Assembly (NCBI GenBank): GCA_965226375.1
Contig: CBDDCX010000007.1
Coordinates: 416,001 to 480,000 of the forward strand
Length of the DNA: 64,000 nucleotides
Reading direction: 5' to 3'
DNA from: Longimicrobiales bacterium
GTDB lineage: Bacteria; Gemmatimonadota; Gemmatimonadetes; Longimicrobiales; Gaopeijiaceae
Each line of letters starts with the position of its first letter. Within the stretch, counting starts at the first letter, position 1. Of this stretch, positions 39,225 through 49,355 are shown in pieces. Position numbers and translations under genes: made by a program. The notes below the pieces were generated by a model, which searched no databases, had not been told where the DNA came from, and worked only from the letters and a program-made list of their open reading frames with translations.

Positions 39225-39881
39225 ATGCATGACACGATGAGTAGACGACACTTACAGAGGCTCGGACCGCTACGGCGCCACGCCGCCGCGTGGGGTTGGC
39301 TGGTGATCATGATGGGCTGGTTCGCTCCCTCTGCACTGAGGGGGCAGCTTTCCGTCATGCAGATGGAGGTGAACGGAGGATCCTCCATTCCCGTGGCGGA
39401 CTTCGCAGGGGTAGCGGGCTGGGAGGGAGAGGCTTCTGCGGGCACCAGTTTCGGGGTCCACTTCGCGTTGGCCAGCGGCCATGTGGGCTATCTGGTGGGC
39501 TTCAGCGAGCATCGCTTCGGGTGCGCTGAGGACGCGTGTGGGGCCGAGACGGATCTGGTCTCCACGGCTTGGGACCTCGGCTTGCGCATCAACTTTCGTA
39601 GCTCCGGCGTGGTGCCTTGGATTCGGGTGGGTGCAATCGCAGCCCTGTTGGAGGTCGACCTTACGTCCGCGCCCACCGGAGAGACGGCTACGACGGTGCG
39701 CGAGGAGTCGGATCGGGGGTGGGGCTTCGAGGCCGGAGCTGGCGTCCTGATTCCGGTTGCCGACCGGTTCGGGTTGAGTCCTGGCGTACGCTACGGAAGA
39801 GTCGACCTTGATCTGGCCTCCCGTGGGGTGCTACAGGAGCGCTACGTGGTCCTAGACGTGGCGTTCGTGCTGGGGTTCTGA
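39225..39881 (+). CDS. Outer-membrane beta-barrel protein
   Basis: Signal-like segment, alternating strands (VVPWIRVG, GWGFEAGAG), terminal Phe; start uncertain. Confidence 0.7.
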   Translation: MHDTMSRRHLQRLGPLRRHAAAWGWLVIMMGWFAPSALRGQLSVMQMEVNGGSSIPVADFAGVAGWEGEASAGTSFGVHFALASGHVGYLVGFSEHRFGCAEDACGAETDLVSTAWDLGLRINFRSSGVVPWIRVGAIAALLEVDLTSAPTGETATTVREESDRGWGFEAGAGVLIPVADRFGLSPGVRYGRVDLDLASRGVLQERYVVLDVAFVLGF

Positions 39882-39942
39882 GTGGCCCCACCTCCGATGC
39901 CATGTAAACACGGCGGGCGGCGCCGCGTCCGGTCCGTCTAGG

Positions 39943-41975
39943 CTAGGTGTCGTCGAGCGCGTCAGATGCGGCCGTTGCTTTCTGCAGGGCGGGGAGAGCG
40001 GCCTCGAAGGCATCCTTCAGGCCTGGGTCGTAGCGTGTGCCGAAGCCGGCCCGTATTTCCTCTGCCGCGATATCGAAAGGTCGGGCCTCCCGGAGGGCTC
40101 TGGCACTGGTCATGGCCGAGAGTGCGTCTGCGATGGCCGTGATGCGGGCGGGTAGGGGAATGGCCTCGTCGGCGAGTCCGTCGGGATAGCCCTTGCCATC
40201 CCATCTTTCGTGATGCCATGAAACTGCCGCATCTACGATAGGGTCCTGCAGGAGGGGAGCCAAGAGTTGGCGACCCACTGTCGGGTGGGTGCGCATTGCC
40301 TCCCACTCGTCCTCGTCGAGCGGGCCTTCTTTGTTGAGCAGCACGTCGGGCAAGGATATCTTTCCGATATCGTGTAATAGGCCACCGAGCCGGATGGTCT
40401 CGCGGTCCAGCGACTCAGCCTCCGGATCGAACATCTCGGCCAGTGTCAGGGCCATCGCGGCGACCGTCTCACCATGGCCGACCGTCGACGGATCCTTTGC
40501 CTCCGCCGCCCGCACGAGCGCCAACGCTCCTTCTTCGACGTGGCTCCTGACGGTGTCATTGATTTGCCCGGCAGCGGTGGGCGGCTGCTCGGCCCGTTCC
40601 TCGCGGAGGCGGTCTCTATGTGCCAGGCAATCGATGAGTTGTGCTCGTAGCTCAGGCATGCCGAAGGGCTTCACCATATGCCGATCGGCTCCCGCAGCCA
40701 GCGCTTCGGCAGCGGCGTGCGTCTCACTCGACGTGGTCGTAACCACGATTTGAGTGTCCGGCCACCGTGACTTGGCCGCCGTCACCAATTGGGTGCTGCT
40801 CCCTTCGGCGAGGAGCTGAGACGCGACAATGACGTCGAACTCGGTTGCCAGGGTCCGGAGCGCCGCCCCGACGTCGGTGACCTCTGTTACGGAAAATCCC
40901 TCTCGATCCAAGTAGTTGGAGATCAATTCCTTGACTGGATCTTCGTCCTCGACCAAGAGGATCTTCCGTTCGGAGCCGAACGCGGTGATTTCGTGAGGCA
41001 GGAGAATGACTGGCGGCCGGCTCTTGCCCATCTCCCCGGGGGCTCGCGGGTATTCGTCGCTGTCCTCCGTTGCCAGGCGCTCCACGTCCAGCATCGGCGC
41101 CTGCTCCGTGACCGAGCCGATCAACGTAGCGAAGAGGCGCACCGTGTTCCGTCCCTCGCGCTTGGCCCGATAGAGGGCGTGGTCGGCGGCCGCCAAGACC
41201 TCGTCGGGAGTGCTCATGCTCGGATGGTGTTGCGCCACACCGGCGCTTACCGTGAGCGGCCCCCTGCCCAGCCCCTGGGCCATGAGCGAAGCTCGGACCC
41301 GCTCGGCGAACGCCACCGCACCCTCGAGATCCGATCCGGCCAGAATCGAGAGAAACTCTTCTCCGCCGAAGCGGGCGGACAGGTTCATGTGTCTCGTGGT
41401 ATGGGCCAGGATGTCCGCAAAGGTCTTCAGGGCTTCGTCGCCTGCGGCGTGGCCGTAGCTGTCGTTGTATTCCTTGAAGCCGTCCAGGTCGAAAAGGACC
41501 ACACACAGCAGGCGCCCACGCTGGGCGGCGGCGAATTCAGTTTCTAGGAAGACCCGTGCGTGGCGCCGGTTCGGAAGTTTGGTCAGCCCGTCCTCGAAGG
41601 CCATCCCCTCCATGAGCTCCTTATCACGGAGCAGTATCTCGACCATCCAGCCGACCCCGAGCGTGATGATGATGTAGGCCACGACCACTGCGAAAAGACC
41701 CTCGGGAACCGTCAGGCCCAGCAGCAGGGCGATCACTTGCGTAACGGACAGGGTCGCCATACCTGAGGCCAGCGCTACCGCGGCACCCCTCCAGCCCCTG
41801 TAGTAGGCCAGCAGAAAGGCCGGAACCAGGGCCAGGAGCCAGAGAAGGGCTCCCTGCGCGCCAACATGTCGGGAACGAGCAGGGCGGCTCCGGCCGGCAC
41901 GGAAAGGGCGGCGAGCGATATGAAAAGAGCGCGAGCCGGTACGCCCTTGTGTGACCCGTCGTCGGGTGCCGTCAT
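39943..41975 (-). pseudogene. Membrane-anchored GGDEF-REC-HD-GYP protein with 1-bp frameshift near 41860
   Basis: FGGEEF, ILLVEDE..KPF, HDIGK..HHERWDGKGYP; the first TM (MTAPDDG..LVPDML) is in a different frame and one added G restores MLGAQGALLW. Confidence 0.75.
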
Positions 41976-42075
41976 CGGTGGCGGTTACGTCCAGGACCTG
42001 GAGATGAAAAGGGGCTGCGACTCGGATCAATATGGGCACATGGTCGGGTCCGGCGACACCGCTACGTTACACCCC

Positions 42076-42112
42076 CTGGCTGCCGGATCTGGCTGCCGGA
42101 TCTGGCTGCCGG
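42076..42112. repeat. 13-bp tandem repeat (about 2.8 copies), intergenic
   Basis: CTGGCTGCCGGAT x2 plus CTGGCTGCCGG. Confidence 0.85.
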
Positions 42113-42218
42113 GTCGGGCCAGAGAGCCGTGATACGCCCTTCCGAGGTTTGCGGGGCACCAGACCTCCTGGCAGATTTCTCCCGCTCCGTTCCGCCGACC
42201 GACTCGAGAAGACGCAAA

Positions 42219-45200
42219 ATGAAGGGAAGATCATTGGCCGGACTATGCCTGCTTCTCGCTCTGTTGCTGGCCGCGCCATCCCTTCAGGCCCAGGTGGGCG
42301 TGGACCTGCTGTCCGGCATGCAGGCGCGAAGTATCGGTCCCGCGGGAATGAGCGGTCGCATTGCCGCGATCGACGCGGTGGCGACCGACCCTGAGATTGT
42401 CTATGTGGGAGCCGCTACCGGCGGCGTGTGGAAATCGACCAACGGAGGACAGACCTGGAGGCCGGTCTTCGACGCTCAGCGGGTCTTGGGTATCGGCGCG
42501 ATAGCCATCGACCAATCCAATACCGATGTCGTGTGGGTAGGAACCGGGGAGGGCAATCCGCGCAACAGCGCCGGCGTTGGACGTGGCGTCTACCGGTCCA
42601 TCAACGGAGGTGACACCTGGACGTTCTTGGGCCTCGAAGGGTCGGAGCGGATCCACCGGATACTGCTCCACCCCACCGATGCGGACATCGCCTACGTGGG
42701 TGCCATGGGCCCCGCGTGGAGTGACGGGCTGGAGCGGGGAGTCTTCAAGACGGCAGACGGTGGGCAGAGCTGGGAGCAGATCCTCTACGTTGACGCGCGG
42801 ACCGGGGTCTCCGACATGGTCATGGATCCCACGAACCCCGACAAACTGATCGTGGGCATGTGGTCGTTCCGGCGTTCTCCATGGTTTTTCGAGTCGGGTG
42901 GGTCCGGCAGCGGCCTCTACATCACCGTAGATGGTGGGCTGACTTGGAGTCTCGCGGACGAGTCGGACGGCCTACCCGCCGGAGAGTTGGGCCGGATCGG
43001 CCTCACGATCTACCCCATGGATCCGAGCATCGTATACGCCCTCGTCGAGGCAGAGGAGAGTGCTCTGCTACGCTCCTCGGACGGGGGAAGGCATTGGACG
43101 ACCGTCAAGAGCGGGCCGGGGGTCGATCCTCGCCCTTTCTATTACAGCGACATCTTCGTCGATCCCGAGAACGAGTTGCGGCTCTACCAGCTCCACTCTC
43201 GTATCGAGAGGAGTGATGACGGTGGCAGGACCTTCGAAAACGTAGGGCAGGGGGTCCACCCTCATTTCCACTCACTGTGGATCGACCCCTCGGATCCACG
43301 GCACCTGTATGCCGGCACCGACGGCGGTGTCTACGTTTCACGCGACCGAGGTGCGAGTTGGCGGATGATCGACAATCTGCCGGTCGGGCAGTTTTACCAT
43401 GTTTCGGTCGACATGGACGTGCCATATAACGTCTATGGTGGCATGCAGGACAACGGGTCTTGGAAGGGCCCTTCGGACGTGTGGGAGAGCGGAGGGATTC
43501 GGAACTACCACTGGAAGGAAGTGGCGTTCGGCGACGGATTCGGCACCCTCGTCGACCCTCGGGATTCCAGCTACGGCTACGCGATGTCGCAGGGGGGGAA
43601 CTTGATGCGCTTCGACGTCCGTACCGGAGAACGGAAGCGTATTCGGCCTTGGGCACCCGACTCCACCTCACTCCGCTTCAACTGGAACGCCGCTATTGCC
43701 GCGGATCCGTATATCCCGGGGGGCATCTACTACGGCAGCCAGTTCGTCCACAAGAGTGTGGATCGGGGGGGGACCTGGCAGATCATCAGTGCCGACCTTA
43801 CCACCAACGACCCGGAAAAACAGCGACAGCATGAGAGCGGCGGACTCACGAGAGACGCTACGGGTGCGGAGAACCACACCACCATTCTGACCATCACCCC
43901 CAGTGCCCTGTCACAAGATGTGATCTGGGTGGGCACTGACGACGGCAAGGTACAGGTCACTTCTGCGGACGGAGGCCAGTGGTATGACGTGACGGATGGC
44001 ATGGGCCAAGTCCCGGACAGCACTTTGGTGGCCCACATCGAGGCGTCCAAGTTCCGTACAGGAGGTGCTTTCGTCGTCTTCGACGATCACCGTCGGGGTA
44101 ATTGGGAGCCCTACATCTACCGCACCGACGACTACGGTGGCGACTGGGACCGCATCGCCGATGGGGACGACATCGACGGGTTCGTCCATACGCTCAAACA
44201 GGATCCACATGCGGAGAATCTACTCTTCGCCGGCACCGAGTTCGGACTGTATGTCACCCTGAACGGTGGAGACGATTGGTTCAAGTGGAACCATGGGCTG
44301 CCGTCGGCTCCGGTGCGATCGCTGGTGATCCATCCGCGGGATCACGATCTGGTTATCGGAACGCACGGAAGAGCGATGTACGTGCTCGACGACATCAGAC
44401 CGCTGCGAGAGTTGGCGACCAATCCCGGTGCCGCGGACGTGGCGCTCTTCTTCTTCGAGCCGCCGCCGGCCTACGTACATGGGACGGCAGAAACGGGCGG
44501 TTACCGTTACATGGCCGACGCCATGTTTCAGGGTCGTGCGCGGGATCCGGGAGCTCTTTTTTCCTATTGGCTGGCAGGGGACGACGGCGACGAGCCGGTG
44601 ACGATCGAGGTTCTCGATTTCGAGGATCGGGTCGTGCGGACCCTGGGGGGCACCCGAAGTCCGGGCCTGAACAGGATCTCCTGGGACCTCCGGGAGGATA
44701 TCCCCGAGGTACTTTTGGACTCCCAGTCCCCGGGGCGCGGAGCGGCCCCGCAGGCGCTTCAGGTGCTGCCGGGCATGTATACGGTCCGCATTACCCGGGG
44801 GCCGTGGGAGGGCCGGCGGACCCTCGAGGTGCTGCCGGATCCCAGGGTCGAAGTCAGCATGATCGACCGGATCGCGAAGTATCAGGCCCTCGAGCGGGCA
44901 CAGGCGCTGGACATGCGCCGGGCCGAGCTGCGCCGGGCTGCGTACGACGTCCGAGAGGGAATCGATCGAGCGCTCGAGCTCCTGGAGTCTGACGAGCGGT
45001 CCGTCGCTGCGGAGTTGGTCACCGAAGGGCGACGCTTGCGCGCGGCCCTCGACGAGGTTGCCGACTTCCGCGACGTCGACCAGTATCGCTCGGGTGTGGT
45101 CGGCCTGTCGTCTTCTTACGACGTGCCGACGGAGGGTCAGCGGATCGACTTGATCCGTATGGAGGAGGCGCTGAGCCTCCTGACGGAGCGGATCGACGGG

Positions 45201-45287
45201 TTCCTCTTGCTGGAGGTGACCCGTTTCCGCGACCGGGTCGAAGCCGCTGATCTGGCGGTGTTCCCGTCCATAGGACCGATCGGATAG
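42219..45287 (+). CDS. Secreted VPS10/sortilin-like BNR (Asp-box) beta-propeller protein
   Basis: Signal peptide, IGPAGMSGR, many SxDGGxTW Asp-boxes, GGMQDNG, GTHGR. Confidence 0.88.
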   Translation: MKGRSLAGLCLLLALLLAAPSLQAQVGVDLLSGMQARSIGPAGMSGRIAAIDAVATDPEIVYVGAATGGVWKSTNGGQTWRPVFDAQRVLGIGAIAIDQSNTDVVWVGTGEGNPRNSAGVGRGVYRSINGGDTWTFLGLEGSERIHRILLHPTDADIAYVGAMGPAWSDGLERGVFKTADGGQSWEQILYVDARTGVSDMVMDPTNPDKLIVGMWSFRRSPWFFESGGSGSGLYITVDGGLTWSLADESDGLPAGELGRIGLTIYPMDPSIVYALVEAEESALLRSSDGGRHWTTVKSGPGVDPRPFYYSDIFVDPENELRLYQLHSRIERSDDGGRTFENVGQGVHPHFHSLWIDPSDPRHLYAGTDGGVYVSRDRGASWRMIDNLPVGQFYHVSVDMDVPYNVYGGMQDNGSWKGPSDVWESGGIRNYHWKEVAFGDGFGTLVDPRDSSYGYAMSQGGNLMRFDVRTGERKRIRPWAPDSTSLRFNWNAAIAADPYIPGGIYYGSQFVHKSVDRGGTWQIISADLTTNDPEKQRQHESGGLTRDATGAENHTTILTITPSALSQDVIWVGTDDGKVQVTSADGGQWYDVTDGMGQVPDSTLVAHIEASKFRTGGAFVVFDDHRRGNWEPYIYRTDDYGGDWDRIADGDDIDGFVHTLKQDPHAENLLFAGTEFGLYVTLNGGDDWFKWNHGLPSAPVRSLVIHPRDHDLVIGTHGRAMYVLDDIRPLRELATNPGAADVALFFFEPPPAYVHGTAETGGYRYMADAMFQGRARDPGALFSYWLAGDDGDEPVTIEVLDFEDRVVRTLGGTRSPGLNRISWDLREDIPEVLLDSQSPGRGAAPQALQVLPGMYTVRITRGPWEGRRTLEVLPDPRVEVSMIDRIAKYQALERAQALDMRRAELRRAAYDVREGIDRALELLESDERSVAAELVTEGRRLRAALDEVADFRDVDQYRSGVVGLSSSYDVPTEGQRIDLIRMEEALSLLTERIDGFLLLEVTRFRDRVEAADLAVFPSIGPIG

Positions 45288-45333
45288 CCTGGGGAAAGAG
45301 CGTGCAAATACATGACTGAGTTGAGATAGATCG

Positions 45334-48300
45334 ATGATGGTACAGATTCGCAGACTCCCGTGGGTGACCCTCGCACTGTGCACCCTGGCATACGGCGCCG
45401 GTCCGCTCGAGGGCCAATACACCACGGAGCAATTCGCTCAGATCCGGGGACGCTCCATCGGGCCGGCAGGGATGAGCGGACGTGTGGCGGACGTCGACGT
45501 CGTGTGGTCCGATCCCAACATCATCTTCGTGGGTTCCGCTACCGGGGGTGTGTGGCGTTCGGTGGACGGTGGCATCGCGTGGACTCCCATCTTCGACGAC
45601 CAGTCGGTGTTGGGCATTGGCGCCGTAGCGGTGTCCCAGGCGACGCCCGACGTGGTCTGGGTGGGCACGGGGGAAGGTAACCCACGCAACTCGGCCGGTG
45701 TCGGAAACGGTGTGTTCCGCAGCCTCGACGGAGGCGACACCTGGTCCCATGTAGGCCTGGAAGGGTCCGAGAGGATCCACCGGATCATGACCCATCCCAC
45801 GGATCCCGCGGTGGTGTTTGTCGCGGCCATGGGGCCGGCGTGGAGCGATGGAGAGGTGCGAGGAGTCTTCCGTACGAGGGACGGTGGCGTAACCTGGGAC
45901 CGAGTGCTGTATGTGGACGAGCGCACCGGTGCCGCTGACCTGATCATGGATCCCAGCAACCCCAACAAGCTTTTTGCAGCGATGTGGGAATTCAGGCGCT
46001 GGCCGTGGTTTTTCGAGTCGGGTGGGGCGGGAAGCGGTCTGTACGTCACGTACGATGGTGGGGATTCCTGGGACCGGTACACGGAAGACGATGGAATGCC
46101 ACCTGGGAATCTCGGCCGCATCGGGCTCGCGATCGCGCCTTCGAACCCGGACGTCGTCTACGCCCTGGTAGAGGCTGAAAAGAGCGAGTTGATTCGCTCC
46201 GAAGATGGAGGCCGGACCTGGGAGACCGTCAACGATCGCTCCGGTGTGGTGCCCAGGCCCTTCTATTACGCCGATCTCCGGGTGGATCCCCAGAACGAGA
46301 ATCGCGTCTATTCGCTCCACGAGAGTATACAGGTCAGTGAGGACCAGGGTCGCAACTTCGAGACCGTGGTCCCCAGCACGACCATTCACGGCGATGTCCA
46401 CGAGCTCTGGATCGATCCTGGAGACGGCCGCCGCATGATCATCGGGAACGATGGGGGAATCGCGTTCACCTACGATCGCGGTGAACATTGGCGCTTCGTA
46501 GAAAACCTCACCTTGGCTCAGTTCTACCACATCAGCCTCGATGACGAGGTGCCGTTCAACGTGTACGGGGGGCTCCAGGACAATGGGAGCTGGTACGGAC
46601 CGAGCACGGTGTGGGAGAACCGCGGGATCATGAACCTGCACTGGCGCCGTGTGGGTAGCGGAGACGGGTTCGCCGTCTTCAACGATCCGACGGATTCCCG
46701 CTACGGCTACTCCATGTCGCAACAGGGTAATCTGGTGCGGTTCGACAAAGACACCGGAAGGCGTGTGGCCATTCGACCGGTCCATCCCGACGGCGAGCAC
46801 CTACGGTTCAACTGGAATGCCGGTCTCAACGTGGATCCACACGATCCGAGCGTCTTGTATCTCGGAAGCCAGTTCGTGCATAGGACGCGCGATAACGGTA
46901 ACAGCTGGGAGATCATCTCCCCGGATTTGACCACGAACGATGCCGAGAAGCAGCGCCAGGATCTGAGCGGGGGACTCACTCTGGACGCGACCGGCGCGGA
47001 AAACCACACCACAATCCTCTCGATCTCACCGAGTCCTCTTCAGCCGGGGCTGATCTGGGCGTCGACGGACGACGGCAATGTGCAGGTTACCGAAGACGAT
47101 GGGGCGACGTGGCGTAACACGGGGGCTCAGATTCGAGGTGTGCCGAGAGGGACGTGGGTCCCACACGTCGAGCCTTCACACCATGATCCGCGAACGGCCT
47201 ACGTGGTGCTCGAAGATCATCGTCGCGGCAACTGGGAGGCGTATGTCTACAAAACGGTAGACCTCGGCGAAACGTGGACTGCGTTGAGCACCAACGGAAT
47301 AGACGGTTTTGTTCATGTAATACGTGAAGATAGAGAAGAGCCCAATCTTCTGTTTCTGGGTACGGAGTTCGGTCTGCGCGTAAGCTTGGACGGAGGCGAT
47401 TCCTGGATGCGGTGGAGCCACGGCATTCCGCCGGCCCCCGTCCGGGATCTACGCGTACATGCCCGGGATCACGATCTGGTGCTAGGCACCCACGGTCGGG
47501 GAGCTTACGTCATCGACGACATCCGGCCGCTGAGGGAGGCCGCTGCGGATTCGAGCTTGGCCTCCGACGCTTTGAGGGTGCTCCCCATGGCGCCGGCCCA
47601 GAAGTACGCGCGAGCAGAAGCCATGGGATACCGGTCGGTGGGGCACGCCATGATGTTTGGTGACATGCGCCCCTATGGCGCCTTGATCAACTACTGGGTG
47701 GGTACGGAAGGGGTCCAGAGAGTCTCCATCGACGTTCTCGACCTGGACGGAACCTCGATGCGGACCCTGAACGGATCCGCGGACCCGGGGGTGAATCGGG
47801 TGGTCTGGAATCTCCGTCGCGGGGGGGAGAACGGCCCTGGCTCGGAGGTCTTGGAGGGTACTTATACCGTACGCGTGACGTTGGGTGATGCCGTTTCGAC
47901 GGGAGAGATCACCGTTGTCGAGGACATCCGTGAGGATATCCCTCTCTCGCGGCGGATCGCCAAGTTGCAGGCCGTAGAGCGAGCCCGGTCGATGACAACC
48001 GCCCTCAGCGATGCCCAACGGCGTCTAGAGCGAGCGATCCGCACCACCGAGACGGTGCAGGAGTCGTTACGCGGTCGGGAAGGGGGCGAGGACCTCAGGG
48101 AAGAGGGGGCGGCGCTCCAGGAGTCCCTCGAGAAAATGCGGGAACGCCTGTTTGTGGGGCCGGCCTGTCAGGGAATATGCGGACGAAGCAAGCTGCCATC
48201 CAACGTGGTTCGTCGACCGCTGCAGGTCCTGGGAGGCTCACCGGATGAACCGACGGCCAACGAACGCCTCATGCTCACCCAAGCGGAGGAAGCCCTTCAG

Positions 48301-48429
48301 GGCATCGTCGATGAGGTGAACAACATCTTCGACGACGAGGTGTCCGCCTACAGTCGACGTCTTCAAGAAGCGGGCTATTCACCATTCTCGGAGGCCGACC
48401 CCATTACGATCCCACTGGACCAGCGCTGA
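45334..48429 (+). CDS. Second VPS10/sortilin-like BNR beta-propeller protein (tandem paralog)
   Basis: Same motifs as the upstream gene (IGPAGMSGR, GTGEGNPRNSAGVG, DATGAENHTTIL). Confidence 0.88.
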   Translation: MMVQIRRLPWVTLALCTLAYGAGPLEGQYTTEQFAQIRGRSIGPAGMSGRVADVDVVWSDPNIIFVGSATGGVWRSVDGGIAWTPIFDDQSVLGIGAVAVSQATPDVVWVGTGEGNPRNSAGVGNGVFRSLDGGDTWSHVGLEGSERIHRIMTHPTDPAVVFVAAMGPAWSDGEVRGVFRTRDGGVTWDRVLYVDERTGAADLIMDPSNPNKLFAAMWEFRRWPWFFESGGAGSGLYVTYDGGDSWDRYTEDDGMPPGNLGRIGLAIAPSNPDVVYALVEAEKSELIRSEDGGRTWETVNDRSGVVPRPFYYADLRVDPQNENRVYSLHESIQVSEDQGRNFETVVPSTTIHGDVHELWIDPGDGRRMIIGNDGGIAFTYDRGEHWRFVENLTLAQFYHISLDDEVPFNVYGGLQDNGSWYGPSTVWENRGIMNLHWRRVGSGDGFAVFNDPTDSRYGYSMSQQGNLVRFDKDTGRRVAIRPVHPDGEHLRFNWNAGLNVDPHDPSVLYLGSQFVHRTRDNGNSWEIISPDLTTNDAEKQRQDLSGGLTLDATGAENHTTILSISPSPLQPGLIWASTDDGNVQVTEDDGATWRNTGAQIRGVPRGTWVPHVEPSHHDPRTAYVVLEDHRRGNWEAYVYKTVDLGETWTALSTNGIDGFVHVIREDREEPNLLFLGTEFGLRVSLDGGDSWMRWSHGIPPAPVRDLRVHARDHDLVLGTHGRGAYVIDDIRPLREAAADSSLASDALRVLPMAPAQKYARAEAMGYRSVGHAMMFGDMRPYGALINYWVGTEGVQRVSIDVLDLDGTSMRTLNGSADPGVNRVVWNLRRGGENGPGSEVLEGTYTVRVTLGDAVSTGEITVVEDIREDIPLSRRIAKLQAVERARSMTTALSDAQRRLERAIRTTETVQESLRGREGGEDLREEGAALQESLEKMRERLFVGPACQGICGRSKLPSNVVRRPLQVLGGSPDEPTANERLMLTQAEEALQGIVDEVNNIFDDEVSAYSRRLQEAGYSPFSEADPITIPLDQR

Positions 48430-48431
48430 CC

Positions 48432-49355
48432 ATGTTACGCGGACTCCTACTCTGGGCCTCGGAAAACCCGCTCTTGGCGGAGCGTCTTCCGCGCCTCCGC
48501 TTCGTGCAGCGTGCCACACGGCGATTCATGCCCGGGGAAACTCCGGATGCCGCGATGACGGAGGCTCTTCGGCTCCAGAAGTCGCGCATGAGCACGGTGT
48601 TTACGTTGCTGGGTGAGAGCATCAACGAGCCGGGAGAGGCCGTCGAGGTCGTCGAGCACTACCAGGGTGTGCTCAAGGAGCTCGACCGCCGGGACCTCGA
48701 TGTGGAGATCTCGGTAAAGCTGACGCAGCTCGGCGTCGATCTAGGCCGCGATCTGGCCGCTGCCAACCTGGAAGCCATCCTCGGGCTTGCCCAAGATCTC
48801 GACCGATTCGTTTGGATCGACATCGAGGCGAGCGATTATGTCGATATTACGCTGGACATCTACAAGGCAGCGCGATCTCGATACGAGAACACCGGTCTGT
48901 GTCTGCAGGCCTATCTTTATCGCACGGCCGAAGACGTCGAGGGACTTCTCCCGCTAAAGCCGGCAATTCGCCTGGTGAAGGGGGCTTACGCCGAACCCGC
49001 GGACGTCGCCTTCCCGAATAAGAGAGACGTGGACAAAAACTTCCTCCAGCTCTCTCTCCGTCTCCTGGACGTGGTGGCTGAAGGCGGTGTGCGAGCGGCG
49101 TTCGCGACTCACGACGGGACACTGATCGAGAAAATCAAGCAGGAAGCCGCAACCCGGGGGATTCCGCGAGGCGAGGTGGAGTTCCAGATGCTGTACGGAA
49201 TCAACACCCGGGAGCAGGAGCAATTGGCCAGTGAAGGCTACAAGGTGGAGGCTCTGATCAGCTACGGGTCCGCCTGGTTCCCCTGGTATATGAGGCGCCT
49301 CGCCGAGCGGCCGGCGAATCTCTGGTTCGTGATCCGAAAAATAATGTGGCCCTGA
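48432..49355 (+). CDS. Monofunctional proline dehydrogenase
   Basis: SVKLTQLG, LQAYLYRT, RLVKGAY, ATHD, FQMLYG, YMRRLAERPAN. Confidence 0.93.
   Translation: MLRGLLLWASENPLLAERLPRLRFVQRATRRFMPGETPDAAMTEALRLQKSRMSTVFTLLGESINEPGEAVEVVEHYQGVLKELDRRDLDVEISVKLTQLGVDLGRDLAAANLEAILGLAQDLDRFVWIDIEASDYVDITLDIYKAARSRYENTGLCLQAYLYRTAEDVEGLLPLKPAIRLVKGAYAEPADVAFPNKRDVDKNFLQLSLRLLDVVAEGGVRAAFATHDGTLIEKIKQEAATRGIPRGEVEFQMLYGINTREQEQLASEGYKVEALISYGSAWFPWYMRRLAERPANLWFVIRKIMWP

Noticed and set aside
42076..42112. 13-bp repeats as iterons or operator sites
   Set aside because: Perfect contiguous copies are better explained by slippage, like the other duplications in this window; no rep gene or regulator nearby.
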